Assembly (NCBI GenBank): GCA_043764515.1
Contig: JAYUKK010000144.1
Coordinates: 1 to 46,226 of the forward strand
Direction of reading: 5' to 3'
Length of the DNA stretch: 46,226 nt
Source of the DNA: Microbacterium sp.
Lineage (GTDB): Bacteria; Actinomycetota; Actinomycetes; Actinomycetales; Microbacteriaceae
Shown: positions 45,319 to 46,226 of the stretch, piece by piece
Layout: each line of letters opens with the position of its first letter
Numbering within the stretch: the stretch's first letter is position 1
Notes under the pieces: generated by a model
Databases searched by the model: none
What the model was told of the DNA's origin: nothing
Seen by the model: only the letters and a program-made list of their open reading frames with translations
Translations under genes and position numbers: made by a program

Positions 45319-46226
45319 CTAACCCCGACGGGCGACTCGCCGCCGTCGGCTTGGTCGGTTCCGAGGCGCATAAAGGCCCCCCAACATCTCCAGAAGTTCG
45401 GGCCTTTCCTCCGGCAGAGTCTGACCAAGGACAGTTGCGACGCCATGTGGATCCAGGAGGCTCCCCCCGAGATACTCCTCAGCGACCAGCTTCATCGAAT
45501 CTCCCTGAGTGAACTTCGCCGCGATGTCCCGGAACACGGGACTGTCGATAATCGGCATGGCTTCTATGGCAGGTGAGCCAGCGCTAGTTCCACGCATGAT
45601 TACGACCGGCATCTGCCCTCTTTCGCCAACCGGCAGGTATGCCATGTACAAATGTGACGCTTGGCCCTCCCGGTGAGAAGCAAAAGCGGCGTCTGGAATG
45701 CCGCCTGTGCCGCCGAATTCGTGGTGCGCCCTCGCGAAAAGTAGGTCCTGGAGGTACTCGATGTCTTCTTGTGTCGCGTCCGAGCGGACGATCTCCTTCT
45801 CTGGAGATGCAGCGCCTGGATAGACGACCAGGACACTGTGCGCGTCGATCAGTAAGCCGGGAATGTCGAGTTCTTTCACGTAGCGTTGTATCTGACGAAA
45901 GTCTGGGGAATCCGCCCACATGCCCGACCTGGACCGTCTTGTGGCCAGCTTCACTTCGACGGCGATGAGCGGCACGCTGTCGGCGCACAACACGAAGTCG
46001 ACGAACCCCGACTGAATCCGATACTCGGCTTCGACTGAGGGCCGAATAGCCGGGAATCGCTGGGCTTTGCCGATCAACCGAAAAAGAGGCCTGACCACGT
46101 GATCGGAAACACTTGCTTCCAGCGGGAGCAAACCAGAAGCAATCGTCTTCCACTCTTCGAGGCTCATGGACCCGGGGTCGGGCAAGTCAGACCGGGCAAT
46201 TGGAGACTTTGCAACGAGATCTAGCT
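45319..46226 (-). CDS. PD-(D/E)XK nuclease domain protein (type I restriction HsdR N-terminal-like); 5' end probably outside window
   Basis: E..V...V..PL, EY....G.VDFVL, IAVEVK, Q..RY motif. The frame has no stop up to 46226. Visibly lower GC than the rest of the window. Confidence 0.7.
   Translation of the reverse strand, partial: LDLVAKSPIARSDLPDPGSMSLEEWKTIASGLLPLEASVSDHVVRPLFRLIGKAQRFPAIRPSVEAEYRIQSGFVDFVLCADSVPLIAVEVKLATRRSRSGMWADSPDFRQIQRYVKELDIPGLLIDAHSVLVVYPGAASPEKEIVRSDATQEDIEYLQDLLFARAHHEFGGTGGIPDAAFASHREGQASHLYMAYLPVGERGQMPVVIMRGTSAGSPAIEAMPIIDSPVFRDIAAKFTQGDSMKLVAEEYLGGSLLDPHGVATVLGQTLPEERPELLEMLGGLYAPRNRPSRRRRVARRG

Noticed and set aside
1-46226. CRISPR array, IS element, prophage or toxin-antitoxin pair
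   Set aside because: No regularly spaced direct repeats, transposase, integrase, phage genes or recognisable TA motifs were seen.

Overview
High-GC (about 70% by eye) actinobacterial chromosome segment. Gene content and order point to Microbacteriaceae (inference). It holds about 50 CDS and one tRNA-Ala(CGC). I see no integrase, transposase, CRISPR array or rRNA. Main blocks, left to right: (1) alpha/beta hydrolase, DUF4349 lipoprotein and an ABC exporter. (2) A LacI-controlled beta-mannan/manno-oligosaccharide locus (ROK kinase, GH113, GH2 beta-mannosidase, sugar ABC importer) with two matching operator-like sites. (3) A small DUF6504/ImuB-C-like gene whose promoter has both a perfect LexA box and an exact PafBC-type motif. 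(4) sufS-sufU, a class II UvrA, and assorted stress/redox and regulator-transporter pairs. (5) The conserved actinobacterial tRNA-Ala-glpR/sepX-rimJ-galU / 5-FTHF cyclo-ligase-fmdB-mscL cluster, here lacking glp/moeA. (6) A giant SF1-helicase-like protein with degenerate ATPase motifs. (7) A NarL-type two-component system, an RlmA-like methylase, a Leu/Phe/Val dehydrogenase, and kynA coupled to an amidohydrolase. (8) A lower-GC PD-(D/E)XK nuclease gene cut by the right edge. Most transcription units appear leaderless. The best candidates for something undescribed are the dual LexA/PafBC-controlled small gene, a probable orphan sRNA at about 515-580, the pseudo-ATPase helicase-nuclease, and the kynA-amidohydrolase pair. 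All family assignments come from motif recognition by eye, not database searches.
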